A stretch of DNA of 63,212 nt, filler included, from Asterionella formosa (GCA_002256025.1; 7 parts of 7 records of this genome joined end to end with filler, not necessarily neighbours in it); one strand, 5' to 3'; positions 47,527 to 60,555 are shown, counted from the whole stretch's first letter. The notes: a model not told the origin generated them from the letters alone. Made by a program: numbers and translations.

Positions 47527-48536
47527 TAGATTGCCCAACCCCCGTGTATTGAGGAATTTTTCGACATTTTCCGCGACTAAAATATTAACTCCCCTTGCCG
47601 CAGCATTGCTGGGTTACTTTAATTCTTTCTTTGTTCCATGGTCCCACAATATTTCCCTTGTTCATGTTTCAGAGCACATTGGAACAAAGACGACTGTATC
47701 TCAGCAGTCCTAATGTAAATGCAAATGTTCCAAAAGAAATGGAAACATTCCAGGGAGGTCGAGGTCATTAAAATAGCATGAGAGTTCCGTTTTGTTGAAT
47801 CATCATACATGGGGAACCAGTGGTAGCAACAAGAGAAAAATGTAAGCAACGGAGGGAAACGCACCCCTAATGGAGAGCAAAGATGCAAACAAGGTGCAAG
47901 CAAACTGACTCCATGATACCAAGAATGCCCACACATTGAGCTGCTGAAGTCGCCAAGGCTGCTTGATCAACATCACATATGCTCATGGCAATAATCAAGT
48001 GGAATTGGCTTGATTGCTCTTGCAGCCAGACAATGCATCCTCCCACCACAGCAACAAACTTAATCCTTCTTGTGCACTGTTGATTGATGTGTGTTTAGCT
48101 AAATAGAGCTGCCTTCTTACATTGAAAATCGCTTGAGTGATTGTGTACATGATGGAAGCACAGCCGATGACTGAAAACAGAGCATAAATACCGTAGTTAA
48201 TAATCACATAATTACATGCACCATACCAAAGCATACCGGTAATCATGCTTGTTGTTTCGCGTCCTTTGACTCAAATGACTCAATTATATTCCCGTTGTTA
48301 TGGAAATGGCAGATTCCTCAACCCATGAGGCCTCGTTTTGCAATCTCTCCATCGGAAGTACTCCACAACGAGCCCTGCTATCGACGGTGAGAAGCGCGCC
48401 AATTGGAACTGGTCAGGACGACCAACAATTGAAATTCGCGTACGGCTTTTTGAACAACAAGCGATTTTCCGTGTTGACTTTTGTAGTCGCGGAAAATGTC
48501 GAAAAATTCCTCGATACACGGGGGTTGGGCAATCTA
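47527..48536. mobile_element. ~1-kb non-autonomous TIR element with cargo ORF
   Basis: ~53-bp TIRs TAGATTGCCCAACCCCCGTGTATYGAGGAATTTTTCGACATTTTCCGCGACTA with one mismatch. Flanks read as a TATTA duplication (or TATA if the ends are GATTG..CAATC). Confidence 0.9.
47710..48246 (-). pseudogene. Membrane-protein ORF (179 codons) interrupted by four TGA codons
   Basis: A single frame runs from ATG 48246 to TAG 47710 with ~4 hydrophobic segments. All internal stops are TGA. Confidence 0.55.
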
Positions 48537-48738
48537 TATTATGATAGATGATTGCTTTCGCTCAAACTGAATCAAGAATAACAATAAAAAATATCAACAC
48601 TATATTGTTGATGTCACTATTGACTATTATTGTAGATTATATTTATCATCTTGGTAACGCATCCCCTTTCGAGAACGTTTAGTCCTGTTCTTTGATTCCT
48701 TTCTAAACAAAACGATCAGCAAAGTTACCGTTGCATCC

Positions 48739-49520
48739 ATGGGGTAAGTGCAACTCTAAGTCATACAAACCTTCACAGCTAGTATCTTTCAATCTATTAG
48801 CCGCTACTGTAGCTCCGCTTCCTCAAACATCTCACAACTGCTTGCTGACCCAAAACCCTATCTACTTGTCCACACAGCGACTTGGATGACTTCGAAGCGC
48901 GGGTTACAAAGCTAGAACAAACTCGATTTCAGTCATACACTATCGATGATTGTATACGACGCGCTCGATTGGACGTCGAACGAAAGGAGCTGTATTCGTC
49001 TGTATGGAAATGGGTGCCTCCCGACTATTATGATTGGCCTCTCGAACAACGAGCTGAATGTTTGGGCGCCAAATCCACACAGTTACTCTGTAAGTCCTTA
49101 CTTATGGAAAACAAACATTCGGATGGGACAGATCCAAGAACCCACCCCAAGTTCGTATTGGTAGTGATTCAATATGAAGCTACTTTGGATGTCCGAAAAT
49201 TAGCCAATGCTATTCGGTCCCTTAAGCCGGTCAATGAGCGCTTGGATTATAGTCAGTTTGACTTTCGAGTGGCAGATGCGGCTGACAATGATCGGTTGAC
49301 TGGCTATTCATTTAATTCGGTGACTCCCTTTGGTTTGATAGAGATGGTTCCCATAATTTTGAGTGAAGCAGTGGTGCCATATTTGTTCTTCTGGATGGGT
49401 GGAGGGAATGTTCACCTGAAGCTTGGTATGGCGGTCTCTGATTTTCGCAAGGCAACTAAGGCCATGGTAGCCGATATAAGTCAACCGAGGTATTCAGGAG
49501 ACGAAGACAAATTTGATTAG
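48739..49520 (+). CDS. YbaK/aminoacyl-tRNA editing domain protein; micro-exon 48739..48743 plus 48878..49520
   Basis: LCKSLLMEN, LTGYSFNSVTPFG and WMGGGNVHLK motifs. ATGGG|GTAAGT...CACAG intron 48744..48877 restores the frame. Confidence 0.85.
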
Positions 49521-49629
49521 GCAGATTGCAAATAAAATGTTAATAGCAGTCCTTTTATATATTTCTACTCCGGTATCATTATTCTGGGTGAATGAATCAA
49601 TCCTTCTCGTCATCAATCCAAAAGACATT

Positions 49630-50147
49630 TTAAGCCTCCAATGCCTTGGTCAGCTGTTCTTCATTCTCCAGCAACTGCAAGAAGGCATCAGAATCAAGAA
49701 AGGCGGAAAACTCAGGAGAGTCGCTGGAGGGAATTCCCCCTTCAATCGCAACTTGGGACACAATAGGCTTGACTTCTTCCACAACAGCAGGCTTAGCCGT
49801 GAATGCGGATTTGATTTTATAAAGAGCAATCAAAGAACCATAGCCTGTCAAGATGAGGCCAGCGACTGCACAAGGGTACAAAAAGGAGGAAACGGTCAGC
49901 AACATCGTCACAAACGAAAACAAAATTATTACCGTGTACAGCGAAACGGAATCCAGTGAATCGGAATCTTGACACTCTGTAGCAACAACGAGTACAACTC
50001 ACTTTGCCAGTCTTCGGGAAAGGCATCCCGAATGGTCTTGTCGAGTCCTTCCCATTTCGGAGCAGCATGATGTCCCCCAGCCATGGTGCGTCGTTGTTGT
50101 GCCGTTGCCGCACGGCTGGCCGTCATTCTAAGCGTAGAAGAGATCAT
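49630..50147 (-). CDS. Small mitochondrial single-TM protein (126 aa), possibly ATP synthase subunit k/DAPIT-like; exons 50147..50003 and 49865..49630
   Basis: Arg-rich presequence ending QQRRTM. Intron 49866..50002 (GTGAGT...TGCAG). Core WEGLDK..FPEDWQIAGLILTGYGSLIALYKIK. Confidence 0.65.
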
Positions 50148-50302
50148 CGTCGTTAGCGTTTGTTTTCGGAATGCATGCATCGTGCATGCACAGTTCATGC
50201 TCTAGATTCTGACTCGTCTGTCTGTGCACGGGGAGTATCATTGGTACACATACAGAATGTATCATACAGTTATTTTTAGACGACCTGTTGCCCTTGTACC
50301 TG

Positions 50303-50390
50303 TAAGTTGCGGTAATTTTGATGAAACTAAAGATTTAGCTATCTTTATCCCAAATTAAAATGTTTGTTCAAGCAAAATGACCGCAACTCG
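50303..50390. mobile_element. 88-bp MITE, copy 2, with CTG target-site duplication
   Basis: ctg|TAAGTTGCGGTAATTTTG ... CAAAATGACCGCAACTCG|ctg. Inverted homolog of 2592..2679. Confidence 0.75.
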
Positions 50391-51075
50391 CTGGTACTGA
50401 AAATAGCTGAGTACAAGTGTCCACATGTCGTATGAGGATGGTGTAGGCGATGATGTCCTCAAAACACAGGAAGAACGAAGCAGTCGTCACTGCTGTGGTA
50501 TGTAACAGTACCTGGTACCAGGCGCTGTGTTGCGGCCGCTGAACACACCTGCTTACAACCGGTATTTATTTACATTTTAGACTGGGATGGATATTCATAC
50601 CAGCAGATAGATAAACTGCTATTGTTCATAACTATATATCATACATGTGAATATAAAGACACATATCGGTATATATAGATCAGAGCTGTAAAATTACCAC
50701 TGCCGGTACATACCGGTCGGGAGATATAAAGCATTGTCGTAGCTATTTTACGGATTGTTTCGGGTCCAAAATCATGAAGAAAAAGCAGCCGATCACAGCT
50801 TGCTCTACCGGTATTTAAATAAAACGTCTCACCAAAATACTAATGGCAGGCTATGATATTGCAACCAAACCTTTAATACAACCTCGTTCCCTTTTCATCC
50901 TGTGTTGAGAGCCCGTTCCTGGACAAAAGGAATGTTAAGTGAAGAACCCAAATCAAACACACAAAAAGCAAGTGGAGAAATTCTTTCGGTCGTAAGCGAA
51001 GGAGGTTGCAGCAATACCAAGTTCCGTTCGTCACGACATCAGTTTTGGTACATTTAACCAAGAAGAAACTCAACC

Positions 51076-52116
51076 ATGAAGCGTATTCTATTCGGAAGGA
51101 AAAATGATAAAACTCCACGGACCAAGAAACGTACAAACAACGAGCCTAGCCCCATGTACAAGTACGCCGTTCAAGAATATCAGCAAACAGTGGCTCCGGG
51201 ATCGTCCAATGACAATGGAAAGGGATTGGAGCAGTCGTTTGAGCATTTGCCTTCGAACGCTGCAACAACACCGAGACGAAGAAAGCAATCACATATAGTA
51301 GAAACGATAACAGGAGACGATGATGACGAAGCAGAAGTAAGAATACCAGAAACTCCCTCAATGGCAAGTATATATCAACCCCACGACGAACCACCAACTA
51401 CAAGCATTTCCTCGCAGCAACCATCCAATACACCCTTCCGTCTAATAGATCCAGATTGCGATGTAGCATCAGTATTTAGAGACCCGGAGCAAGCTCACCT
51501 CGCCCATTATCACATGACAGACAGCGTCTTGCCTGATACAACCTACGAGGAGCAATATGGCGACGCCTATGTCAGCGCACCCCTCAAGTATGTTTATCCA
51601 TCGGGTTACCAATCGATGCGTCCCAGAGGGGGGCCTTGGAAGCTCAGCATTGGAATATGTTTCTTATTTACCTGGCTTTCCATTTTTACGGTCAGTCACT
51701 GTTCTGACCGAATTGACAATACACAATATCAAAACAATGAAATTGACGATGATGCGCTCGTCATCGAGACGCGATGGTGTGGATCAAGGCTCCTCTATTT
51801 GATGTGGGTCGTGTCGATGTTAATTACAGGCCTTTCAGCTGCATATTGCTCTATCATTGGATACATCAAACTCCGGGACTTTGCAGTGGCTAATTGTCGA
51901 TCGCAGCCACCTGGAATGGTGGGGAAGTCTGACTATTATGTGGAAATCAAAGATGGCGGACGACTATCGCCAAGTGGAGGGTCCTCATCAGCGTCTCTTT
52001 CGTCGAATCCAAGGTATTACCAACAGAGCATATATCAAGCGGACGGAACGCCTCAGTTTTGGGGTGGACATATTTATCGTCCAACTCAGGCAGCTGTTGC
52101 CGTCACAAGTCGCTAA
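51076..52116 (+). CDS. Hypothetical protein with two TM helices
   Basis: 346-aa ATG ORF with a disordered N-terminus and two hydrophobic helices flanking a Cys-containing loop. Confidence 0.75.
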   Translation: MKRILFGRKNDKTPRTKKRTNNEPSPMYKYAVQEYQQTVAPGSSNDNGKGLEQSFEHLPSNAATTPRRRKQSHIVETITGDDDDEAEVRIPETPSMASIYQPHDEPPTTSISSQQPSNTPFRLIDPDCDVASVFRDPEQAHLAHYHMTDSVLPDTTYEEQYGDAYVSAPLKYVYPSGYQSMRPRGGPWKLSIGICFLFTWLSIFTVSHCSDRIDNTQYQNNEIDDDALVIETRWCGSRLLYLMWVVSMLITGLSAAYCSIIGYIKLRDFAVANCRSQPPGMVGKSDYYVEIKDGGRLSPSGGSSSASLSSNPRYYQQSIYQADGTPQFWGGHIYRPTQAAVAVTSR

Positions 52117-52363
52117 TTCGGAATGCATTACATTGAACAATCTCAGAAATTTCGTCTGCCAAGTTTCAATGCGCCTAGTTGTTAGCTTTATTTAAATTTT
52201 CGGTTCCTTAACCACATCTTCGGAAATAAAAATGTGTATTGTAGCCAATCATAGCGATATCCTACGTGATGGGTATTTAAGACCGTGAGGTCAAGCTAGT
52301 TAGCTTCTGTTATGGAAGGCACGATGACAATAGAGAACACACCCAGAGAAAACCCAAAAGGGC

Positions 52364-54084
52364 CTATTCTGACCCGTCGTCAGCATGCCTTTCACTGGTA
52401 TCGGAATCGTTGTCAGATTGTTCCAACACCACTTCCTTCGTCACTTTGACAGAAGCGAATTCAAGATCGGCAATTCGTAACTCTTCTGCCAGCATTGGGT
52501 CATTTACTAACTCCTGTTCGAATTGCGCTTCATCCATTTCAGAGACTTCCAAGAATCCCATGCGACTTGCAGCTCCTTCTAATTCTCGCATCTTCTTTTC
52601 ATCTCGCTTTCCTCGGCGGCCGCGTTTTTTGGTTCCAGTTGAATCCGGCATATCATTCACTTCTTCGTCTTCATCGCTGACTCCTTTTAACTTTTTGACT
52701 AATAAGATATCTGGCATAACGAAGCAATGATTAAAACCATGTTCAATATCCCAGTCATCGCCCCCAGATATGACTGAAGCGGCCAAGTCGTAGCCAAGAA
52801 CTACATCACCTGGTTGCAACAGGTTTCCTAAATGCGTCACGCATCGAAAAGTTTCATCATTTTTTCCAAAGTCGCTTTCTCGAGCCACTTCTACATCTGC
52901 TAGAGCGAACTTGTCCACACCACTTTGAGGTCCTTCATACAAAGATTGATCGCCATACTGTTCCTCACCACACCTTTCTACATCCAACACGACAAATTTC
53001 GTCATTCGTCGAGACGACATGAGCAGTTTGTAGGCTTTCTCACCGCCTGCCTTATAGTATGTCTCGGGTGCTAATTCGTCGTGACTTCCCTCCATCGTTG
53101 GTGCCCTTTTCGGTGAAGCATCCACTAGATGTACTACACTGCTCATTTTCACAACCAGGCACAGCCTACCAGACAAATTCCCTTTTGCTGCCTTGCTCAC
53201 CATGATCAAGTCATCACGACACAACGGAACCATATCACAAGCGACTGTGTGCTGGAGGTTTGCCGTATTGTTCTTGACGTCAGTGCTCACTAACTTCTTG
53301 GATACCTTGATGCGCATCGGAGCCACTCTAGAGATATAGGAAGCAAACTGATTTGCCTCTGATAGATTGAGAAAGTAGAAATCGAACCCATGTTTCGACG
53401 TGTCAATCTTCAAGACATGTTTACGAACTTGGGGATTTCTCGCCAACGCCATTTCCAAAACAACCAGGCCCTTGCGGGGAGCGTCATCGAAGCGCCGTTG
53501 ACGTAACTGAAGAACGGCATGCCAGGTTCGGTTCGTATATTCACGATTGCAATCGTTACATTGCTTGAACCGAACATGGAACTCAACAAGGACTCGTTGC
53601 TGTATCTTTACATCTTGGGTTTCAGTTTGTACTGTCACTCGGATTTTGAGTCGCATCGAGTTCGGTTCTGTCCAAACTATCACGACGAAGGGAAAACTTG
53701 GAAGGTGAGAGAAAGCTGCTTCAAGTCATATTTCCTGCGACCCTTCGCCCTCCAACTCTTGACGCACTTACCCCAAATGGCATCAGCAAGGTGCATCTTC
53801 GGCGAAGCTTTAGGCGCAAGCGCAGGAATGCTTTTCAAGCACAATGCCAGCAGTTCAGGCGACTCCGGCTCCATCAGATCCCACACTTTTTCGCTGCGCT
53901 GGTGTCGTCGACACTGTCGACATTGATGAATCGTAATCTCTCCGCCACCAGGTCCTCGCTGAAGGATGGCTTTCAAATCCACCTCTTGTGCCAAGCACGC
54001 AGTGCACTGATTGGCAGCATTAGGCAGGATCATGGTCCCACAGAGACAGCATGGGATCTCGATGGCATGCATTGAACTTGTCAT
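52364..54084 (-). CDS. NMD3: 60S ribosomal export protein NMD3; exons 54084..53772 and 53676..52364
   Basis: CCLCG..PNAANQC..C, CRQC, ESPELLALCLK and DAIWV|WTEPNSMRLK motifs. Intron 53677..53771. Confidence 0.95.
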
Positions 54085-54713
54085 GGCTGTTGTGCACAGA
54101 GTAAATTATATGATGTATTTGAGTGAGAGGAACGAATAGCAAAGAAATATGTCATGGGGTCATTCGAAACGTGAAGGCGCGGATGTCGAATAGAGTACAG
54201 CAGAATGATAGCCATAACGAGATCACTGACAATCGTGTGATACAGCATGCCCCAGCATCATACACCGGAATCCATGTCGGGTATTCAGGCCGTTGCTAAC
54301 GGTGGACCAAAACCAAAACCAAACAGTGTTTAGGTTTCGGTAACCCTAAAAAACGATGCTAACGGGAGTGAAAAACCCAACGCAAACGCATTACGTTTAG
54401 GGGATTCCGTGCCNNNNNNNNNNNNNNNNNNNNNNNNNNNNNNNNNNNNNNNNNNNNTTAATTAATTAANNNNNNNNNNNNNNNNNNNNNNNNNNNNNNN
54501 NNNNNNNNNNNNNTACAAATGATATTTCCAGTGACACGCAACCCATCAACCCACTCGCCATCGGAACTTTTTCAAAAGCACTTTGTAGCCAAGCGTCTGG
54601 CACGAAATATCTACAAGATTCTTCTGTTGTTCTGCCTGCAGTATTCATTAAGGAGTGTACTCCTGATTCGTGTTGTATGGACGTAGTACATAGAGCTTTC
54701 CTACTTTACCAAA

Positions 54714-54860
54714 AGTTGTACCGGTACCGTATCTGCCTGCTCTTTTGGTACCTGGTACCATCGTACCCTGGTACATACTCCTGGTACCAGCGCCACTTCT
54801 CCATCAGATGGTACCAGTACCTGGTACCTGGTACAAAGTACCTGTTGCCACCAGGTCCCA
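54714..54860. repeat. Dense cluster of TACC(W)GGTA/GGTACC motifs; similar clusters in most intergenic regions
   Basis: For example ggtacctggtaccatcgtaccctggtac and ggtaccagtacctggtacctggtac. Confidence 0.8.
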
Positions 54861-57800
54861 GAAAGACGGAATTAGTACATGGTGTGGCTATTTTGGTCGT
54901 GTTTCCAAACTTTATTTCGGTCATTTTCTTATGAGCATCATCCATACGTGTGTTGGGAAATCACATACGTTGAGATGGATGTGTCCGATACAATGATTCT
55001 GTTTCAGATGAATGAATTCCTTGACAACTACATAGGATTGATAAGCAATGTTCCTATTACTTTTAGGTTAGCAATTCATGCAAATTTTTAAGCTAGTACC
55101 CAGCTTCAAAAGTTGGCATCACTGTCATCATCAGATTTTTGTTTTAACTTGTTGACCCAGCAATGCTAGTTATTTTGATACTTAGAGTGAGCACCTTATT
55201 TAATAATTTAGTGGTGTCTCTATTTTCATAATCTGATGTCTTTCATGCATCATCAGCATTGCATGGAATGCTTCAGAATGCTGTAATTATAATAATAAAG
55301 ATAAGTAGTGCTTCATCCAGTTACCAGTAAAATTTGCATCAAACATCACTCAAAATACATTAGTCTGTGACCACTTGTTTGTGCCTTGAAGGATACTAGT
55401 CTTTCATGAGTCACAGTTTCTTGTTTCTTTGGATTAGAGATCCATCAGAGGATACTAGTACAACCAACTTTCCCTAAGGAGACAAATGGCACCATGCTTG
55501 GTTGTTACAAGATAGTTTCAGAGGCATTGATATCATGTAATCCCTATTAGAAAAAACTAGATGAATCTCATGATCAAAGGTCATCAAGACTAACCAAAAC
55601 TGCTGAATTCAGGGTTTTCCAACTTCATACAGGCTTTATCATATGTTGAATGCATATGTATGAATATTCATTTTTACATCTACCAGTAGTAGTTACCTAT
55701 GCATACATGCAAGTACCACATCAGGTATATGTATACACCGTTATACCGGTAGTCTACCGATATGAATTCTGTATTAATTAGTCTATCAAGGTGCAGAATT
55801 ATCTATAACGTCCATACAATTCCACCCTCATAATACACGTAATAGTGTATAGCCTAAATATGAAATAAGTAAAACTGGTACCGGTATACTACGGGTACCA
55901 TGGTACCAGGTACTATGCACTGGCATGATATGATTTAAAAAAGCGCACACGGTGACATCATGATGACATTATACGCACAACACCGTCAACATGCCGGTAT
56001 TATAAATATAACAGATGTGCATACCGGCATTTTAATAAATTCTGCATCGACGACGATGAATGCTTCTCAAGTAGGCCGCCGCTTTGTCCCCAAGGCTACC
56101 AAGGCGTGGACCAAATCATTGCCTGTCTTTACGGTAAGTAACATGAGCATGGAAACGGGCAGCTGATTTGCTTNNNNNNNNNNNNNNNNNNNNNNNNNNN
56201 NNNNNNNNNNNNNNNNNTTAATTAATTAANNNNNNNNNNNNNNNNNNNNNNNNNNNNNNNNNNNNNNNNNNNNAGGAAATGGATGCAAAATAAGTGACTC
56301 AAAGTAGTGCATATACACTAAGGCTGGCTGCATCAAAATATTAATTATAGCAGCCCATGTAGCGCTGTTACAAACTATTATCCTTATCCCTACCATAGGA
56401 AGGAATATCGTGCCAATTTGTTTGCTTCAATCAGCTCACCATGTTGCTCAAAATCGCCACCGTTTCCTGTGCAAAAGTGGTTCGCCAAAGGCTTTTGTAC
56501 TATTCATTTGTATAGTCATGAGTAAAATGCTTTTGGGGAATCACTTTTCACATGATATTCAAAAAGTTATAGCAATATCCGTCATGTTCGCCATCAGTAA
56601 CCCTGCCATTCATTTTGTTTGTTTGCCAGTCGATCAATTCAGGGAATATCTTCACGAAAAGTGCTCTTTTGGCGATGACATAAAATTTAATACTAATAGA
56701 TTGATAAGTTATCTCAATAAGGTGTTTCCAAATCAATCTTTGGAGTCAAAAGATGTCACGATTTCCACAGGCAAGAAGGTGATGGTATTTCGACATAGTA
56801 TCAAACAAAGGTCAAAAGTAGGCAAAGATTTATTTACCTTACAGGAAAGACAGTATCAGCGGTTCCTAAGCTTCCTACATATGGTAATGCATCTGAATGG
56901 GAAGAGAAATGCGTTCCATTGAAGAGGCTACTAAGAAGTGAAAGTCGGGGTAATGATGGTCAAAAGTTTCGTGATGGTCACCATGTAAATTCATCTAGTA
57001 GTGGTAGTAATACTTCACCTCAACTGTTAGAGAATGAAGTTACTCTACATACTGCCTTTGATTCAAATGGTAAAATTACTATGACTGGTCTAGGAGATGA
57101 GTTAATTTCAAGGAAAAGGAGAAGGACAAGTGAACAACAAGAAGAAAAAGAAGGCAAAGGAAGCAACTAGTAGACTATTATTGCTAGGGGGGACACCAAA
57201 GCAAGTTGACACAACAACACATAAAGCGGACCCCATCAGTGTTGAGAAGCTTGTCAAACAATTCAAAACACACCTCTGTGCCCTCAATTTCGACACAACT
57301 TTCTTCAATGCACCAATCTATGTATTGAATCTAACATAGCGAACAACAACAGATCAACGAAGCAAATAAGAAGCAAGCAGCAAACTCAACAAAGATGAAT
57401 GACGACAACAGATCGATGTTGCATACCTTTTGAGGGGAAATGAGCCGAGGGCATTATAAATATATCAAAGAATTTGCATCAATTTTTGTATGCGTCACAA
57501 TTTTTTACTCTTAATTATTAAATGCAAAAGAAAATCTATATTAAGGCCTTTGTATCCTAGTACTATATTGATCTTCAGCTTGAGCCATATGGCTGGATTC
57601 ATGTTCAGGGTACCCTGGTACCAGGTACTAGTACCTGTCCTATCCCTCGTAAGCGGTGCCAAGCACATTATTTAGCTCAGATGATGCGATTTTTTCTAAT
57701 ATACAAAACAATGGGTGTGAACACAATTAATTTTTCTACTTATCTCATCAATTTTTTCATTTTCTCCCCTTTCTTTGATTGATCTTTTTCATTAAATGCC

Positions 57801-58184
57801 ATTTGAGACCAGAAGGGTGTAATATGAAGAAGTGATTGGGAAATGTGCTTGTGGTGGCTGGTATCACTGCACGCAATTGTTGAACAGTAGCAACAATTAA
57901 TTGGCTGGTATGTGCCGGAGGCACATTGCGTACNNNNNNNNNNNNNNNNNNNNNNNNNNNNNNNNNNNNNNNNNNNNTTAATTAATTAANNNNNNNNNNN
58001 NNNNNNNNNNNNNNNNNNNNNNNNNNNNNNNNNGAATCATGGGTATGACTCCAATAATTCTGATGTAGTTCAGGCTCGACTAGAAATTAAGATATGCAAG
58101 AGAAAGCGGGATCACTATTTTCATCTGCTTTCAGAAGGTGAAACATCAGATTAAATCCAACTAATTAATAAAATATATATTTGT

Positions 58185-59500
58185 CTACATTAAATTTATT
58201 TCATGTAATTCTTTCCTTCTCCTCTCTATATTCACAGGAGGTCGTTGCACGCCCAAGGTTTGCAATCTGGTAAGAATCACATCTCGCATCACAGAGCTTC
58301 CAGGCAATATACACAATGGTTCCACAGTTGGCAAGTAGCCCCAACCAAGGGGTGACAAACTGACTGGAATTATCTCTGTAAGTATTTGATCATCATCCAT
58401 AATCTCGTTATCAATTATCTTCTCATTAATCACATAGTTATGAATTCGAGCACATGAATCAAGAATGCGTGCAGATGTTTCCAAGCTTGTCGATAGGTTT
58501 TTTTTCAGAACACACCATTTTGTCTGAAGAAGACCAAATGCCATTTCTATTCTTATCCTCAGCTGTGAAAGGAAAAAGTTAAATGTATCCTGTGTTGGAT
58601 CATCACGTTGTGAGCAAACAAAGGGAACAAGCATTACATCAGACAATGTGTAAGCTGCATCGCCGACCAGATAAAAACCTGTGTTGAATGCTGCAACTCG
58701 ATCGAAAATGGAAATTCGTTCAAAAGCTACTTGGTCACTGCATTTTCCCGGTGCAATTACACCAAAATAAATAAATCTTGAGTCAGCATCACAAACAGCC
58801 TGGACATTGATTCCATAAGTCATGTAGTGACCGGAAAAAATGAACCAGGGTTATTGCCACTTTCAACTATAGTCGGGCGGTTGATGGTGGCTAGGAAGCC
58901 GTCAATAGCACCGACACATCCTCTCATCATGCCCTCTGAGCTTTTGCATTCAAAGCTGGAAGCCAATTTGATAAATTCTTCTTTTTCTTCTGGAAAAATA
59001 ATTTCGAGTTCTTCACAGTTTAGTACAGCATCAATGAACAAATCACGATATCGATAAAGTGAAGCAATGCTACAACCGTAGGCATGACGAATGTCGATGT
59101 AACTGCCACCAGCCAACCATCGCAAACCAATGGCTACCAAAATTTCGGGAATTATGGGCTCAGAAGTGCCACATTTGGAATAATTCCCTGCAATCTGAAT
59201 TTCCAGCATGGAGGTGAGTTTTTTGAATGCTCTGTGTGACATTCTGTATGTCTTCTTGAAAGCAATCTCGTGATTGAGTTTCTTGACATGTGATTGCCAG
59301 GAGATTCTTTCGTGATGCCACTTGTGTCTTCATTGTTGTCGTCGTTCAGATGACTGAAGCTGCCGTTTACAGCGTTGCCTTTCTCGTTTGGATAAGTGTT
59401 CTTTTTCCTCTGCTTCCTTAGCTAAATGACAGAGGAAGAAGAAATCAAGATCACTACTGTCATCATCATTATCATCAAGTAACTCAAATGGCGACGGCAT
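58185..59500 (-). pseudogene. Nearly intact Harbinger/HARBI1-like transposase (one TGA, one frameshift)
   Basis: ATG at 59500. VAIGLRWLAGG, GCVGAIDG, YGINVQAVCD, YLVGDAAY and RIRIEMAFG motifs. A 1-bp loss in a T-run near 58835. Confidence 0.9.
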
Positions 59501-60555
59501 GATTTATGCAATGGTGTGTTCTTAATATAATATATAGTTTACCGGTGTTAGGGCCGTTCTTATCATTTTTTTTTCGTGTATCACGGAATTTGAATTTTTT
59601 TGAAAATGTATCAGCAACGGTAACTCGATTTGAACTGAATTTCATTCATTCCAAAAGTGTCACTGTATCACTAATTTGTGATCACAGTGTATCNNNNNNN
59701 NNNNNNNNNNNNNNNNNNNNNNNNNNNNNNNNNNNNNTTAATTAATTAANNNNNNNNNNNNNNNNNNNNNNNNNNNNNNNNNNNNNNNNNNNNAATGGTC
59801 TGGTTGCTGCAACCATGCACATCGCTGTAGTAGCCTGACACCAGTAGCAGTATTTCCGCCACAGTCATTCCTCTCCGCTGCCCACCAAACAAGCAACCCT
59901 GATCATTCCATTCTGAGCAAGCGTGATCGCCACGCTGCTCCAGAACTATTGACTCTCTCTAGCTGAGTATTCATGTAGCTTCTGATACGAACTCGCAGTA
60001 GAAATGTAGCAAAGCGCGTTAGTACAAGAAAAGCATTGCGTGGCGGCAATATTGACATCATTGTCAACGACTATACAAATCAACAAATACGATCAACAAC
60101 GGCACAATACCACATCTTCAATGAGTAGTCATTGATTAATGCATTGGTTCTTATGTAGATATGTACAATCGAAACAAAACGACAGTGCGTAACGACAAAT
60201 AACGATGGAAGCGATCAAAACAAACCACGGAAGCAATCAAATCGGAAAGTCGATAAATACGATCTACAATCCACATTCAGTGTTTCACTGTTGTACTTAC
60301 CAATCCGCTTCAACTAGCATAACAAGCAGCAGACGATGGGATAAAAGAAAGACGAACGTTGCCTATTGCAAGCCCGAATAGAGCAAAGGCAGGCAAGATA
60401 GAGTGAGAACTATATTTGTGAGGACGAAATCGGGCATACGGTACGTAAAATCAATGAATATGTGAACGATATAATTCAACATTTCAGGTCTCGTAAAAAT
60501 AATACTAAGTCTACAGAGATATTATTATAACGTGTTCAAAGTAAGCGTTAAAGCA

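Noticed and set aside
54287..54413. Possible Harbinger left end (cag|GCCGTTGCTAACGG)
   Set aside because: It is cut by the contig end, so there is no partner TIR to confirm it.
56410..57339. Short ORFs on a 1.66-kb contig
   Set aside because: They are fragmented with no recognisable motif, probably TE debris, and cannot be assigned.
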